Both the position numbers and the translations under genes were made by a program. From the NCBI GenBank assembly GCA_043228905.1, contig JBHGNT010000020.1, positions 8,556,001 to 8,620,000 on the forward strand: a stretch of DNA of 64,000 nt, written 5' to 3'. The notes under the pieces are model-generated. The model made no database searches. It was not told where the DNA came from and saw nothing but the letters and a program-made list of their open reading frames with translations. Positions 60,975 to 64,000 of this stretch are shown one piece after another. Position 1 is the stretch's first letter. Each line of letters begins with the position of its first letter. The DNA comes from Azolla caroliniana. Its lineage: Eukaryota > Plantae > Polypodiophyta.

Positions 60975-63900
60975 TGTTACCGGCCGGCAAAGGAGTCCTG
61001 AGTGGGAAACGGAGAGCTAATTAAGTAGTGGGAATGTGGTTGTAATTAAGCTATGAGTGTGGATGGACGGACCGGAATCGGTATGCCGTTCCGAATCCGG
61101 ACCGATCCCGAACAGGTGCGGATGGCACCGTTTTGTAATACAGACCGGAAACCTATTTAAAGGCCCGGATACAATGTAATAGTTAGCGGTTAATTAATGA
61201 AAGCTTAAGCGTTGTTATATCTCTGTGTCAATTGCCGTTCTGTCTTAATTGTCATATCTTACACGTGTATGAAGACGATCCTAATAAGTAACTTGATTAA
61301 GTCGGATTAAGCGTTGAAGTCTAATCCGGTTGCCGTAACACCCTTTGGTGAAGTGTCTCCCGTAGACACCCTATGTTAGGCCATTGTCCGGCCCGAAGAG
61401 TTAACACAGTTTTTGGCGACCACGATGGGATGCATAGTCAGCTTACCCGTGCACCCCCGGAGGAGGAATTACGGACGATATTCTTAAACGCGCTCCGGGA
61501 ACCCCTACGCACGGTTTGCACGGTAATCAATTTCCGCACAAGTACCATCGACTAGGTCATTGACCGGGTTAAAGAGATGGAAAAGACAAGCTCCTGGCTC
61601 ACACTGGGTGCACTTCAACGGGCGTTACCGTCCGATGAAGACCTCCGGTTTCGGCAAGCAATACAGTACACAACCTGCTTGAATTCCGGACACTCGGCTC
61701 TAGAATGCACTATGAGGACGCAATGTGTAATCTGTCAATCCAAGAGCCATATGACGGATAGGTGCGTGTATAATCTATTGACTCGGCAAGCACCGCCCGT
61801 CCGACAAATTGAGCCACGCAGCAGCCGAGATGAAGAAGATGAACGCTGGCGACGAATGGACCGTGACCGACCGGCACAGGTTGTCCGGTATGGCGAGCGA
61901 TGGGAAAATGATGTCCGGTATGGTGATCGGCGAGAGAACTATGACCGGCATGATCGGTACCAGGATTACAATAGACGATACGAACAGTACGACCGGGAGC
62001 ACTCCCACGGGTATCGTCAGCAACGGGAGGAATATGGCAGATATAACGGGCAACCCCGTCAAGAGTACCGTAATAAGAAGAGCTTTAACAAAAAACGACA
62101 CTTTAAAACAGGCGGCTACCCCCGGGATCCGGAACAAGGCGCTCCAAGTAGCCAACCGGTACAAAACCCCGCGCGTACCGTAGGACCTGCCCCGGGTACA
62201 ACAGATAATGCCGAATCTAGCAATGCCCGGAAAGCCTACTGCTACTACTGCCGACAGGAAGGCCATTATAGTAACCAATGCCCGGTGAAGAGCTATGAGA
62301 AACGACCGGTGGTAAATATGGTAGTCCCTGAGGTGGCAGATCTGCAGCAGGTGACCACAAGGTCGAAGGGCATGGCCAAAGAATGGGAGACAGAGGAGAC
62401 CATCCGGAAACAAGCAACGGAATGGGTAAAGAAAGAAAACGAGCAGAATGTCACAGACTTACAACAGCAAAAGGAGAACACCGTAGGGCTTGCCGGCGGT
62501 AGTCACTACGAGAACGAGACATGGCAGGCGTTGCAAGAATGCCAGATTACGTTACCACTAGGAAGACTCCTACAACTCGTGCCTAGATTCACGGAAGGAC
62601 TGAAGACGACCATGACGGCAGGAGAACCATCACCGGCACCGGTACTCTTCTCGAATCTGGAGGAGGGACCAACAGTGGTAGACACCAGCAGTCCGGTAAT
62701 CACTGCCATTGTAAAAGGGAAAGAACTCCCCGGCACAGTTATGGACGGAGGCTCTGGGGTAAATGTAATAAGCCTCCAGACGTGTGAGGACCTAGGAATC
62801 CACGAGTGGGAGCCGTGTCCGTTCTGGTTTCGGATGGCCGATACAAGCTCAGTGCGGCCGACAGGATTAATACGGAAATTAGAAGTCACCGTCGGCGGGC
62901 ATACATTTCACATTTCAGCCGTAGTGCTACAATTACAGGCACAAGGCGCCTACCCGCTATTGCTAGGGCGGCCATGGTTGAAAACGGCACATATCAAACA
63001 AAATTGGTGAAAAAATGTAATTACATTCCGGCGAGGAAAAGCCAAGGTACGGGTACCAACACAGCCAAGGACGAGCACTGGCAAGGAATGTACACCGTTG
63101 TATGCGGAATGCGTCAACATGCTAGAAGGGTTAGCGGACGAAGAAGAAGCTCAATACCTGTAGGAAAACCCGAAGATCCTACCCCTCTTCGAAATTGACA
63201 TTGCCGAAGCCGTAGCACCGTACTTACCGCAACCGGAAGAGGCGGAAGCAGATCCGGATAAAGACGCAATCCGGTAGTTACGGCAAGCGCAGGAAGCGTT
63301 GGAACGGGAAATGGCCGTTTCACAGTGCGTAAAAGCATCGCAACTGGAAGAGGTGAATTTAGGCACAATGGACGAAGCAAAACCGGTGCACATCGCCAAG
63401 GAGATGAAGTCCAAAGACAAAACGGCGATGATCACACTTCTCACGGAATTCCGCGATGTATTCGCCTGGTCATACGAAGACATGCGAGGACTCGACCCTC
63501 AGTTATACCAGCATCAAGTGCACTTGAGCAAGGACGCAAAACCAGTGGCACAAAGACGATACCGGATGAATCCCAATTATGCTGCCAAGGTCAAGGAAGA
63601 AATCGACAAACTACTAAGAGTTGGCTTTATCCGTCCGGTAAAGAAAGCGACATGGCTGAGCCCGATCGTAGTCGTACCGAAGAAGAACGGAATAATTCGA
63701 GTTTGCGTGGACTACCGGAAACTCAATGCGGCTACGGTAACGGATGCATTTCCACTTCCGTTCACAGATGGAGTGTTGGATGTCGTCGCCGGCCATGAGG
63801 TCTATAGCTTCCTAGACGGATTCAGCGGATATAATCAGATCCGGATGCACCCCGACGACCAAGAGAAAACGACATTCGTCACCGAATGGGGGGTGTTTGT

Positions 63901-64000
63901 GGCCGTGGTGATGATGTTCGGACTCAAAACGGCACCGGCAACGTTTCAACGAATCATCATGGAAATCTTTGGTGAATATATACCGGCTTTTATGCAGGTT
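60975..64000 (+). mobile_element. Ty3/Gypsy element K (same family as D): 5' LTR 60975-61406, PBS at 61414, 5'-deleted gag, protease and RT; runs off the window
   Basis: LTR homologous to rc of the D LTR; ORF 61577-63010 homologous to D gag-PR (VMDGGSGVNVI); RT CVDYRKLN and FLDGFSGYNQI. Confidence 0.93.

Overview
Land-plant nuclear DNA, probably a fern or other non-seed plant (inferred only from the TE families and gene style). Most of the window is nested, degenerate transposons around one intact-looking host gene. 1-22960 is a nest: Copia-A is split by Copia-B (580-22121, minus strand, TSD AGAAC). Copia-B contains Gypsy-C (1451-7869, tRNA-Trp PBS, 4-bp TSD) and Gypsy-D (8859-18901, minus strand, TSD CCCTT, tRNA-Arg PBS, large extra 3' ORF). 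Next come an L1-like LINE (~23415-28900, minus), a truncated hAT element (29087-33900), an 8-exon cellulose-synthase-like gene (34597-40793, ~866 aa, with NED/TRKRW instead of TED/QxxRW) and a hAT MITE. A second nest (41725-64000) holds Copia fragments, an unclassified TIR element with a central palindrome array, a solo LTR carrying a tRNA-like cassette, and a second Gypsy-D-family copy. The most notable observation is that Gypsy-D has no polypurine tract. Two nt before its 3' LTR the sense strand instead carries a tRNA-Arg-3'-end-like sequence ending in CCA (an inverted second PBS) within a hairpin. The same motif, with a compensatory base-pair change, precedes a diverged related LTR at 22516, suggesting tRNA- or tRNA-mimic-primed plus-strand synthesis. 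All tRNA assignments rely on recalled plant tRNA 3' ends, not on a search.
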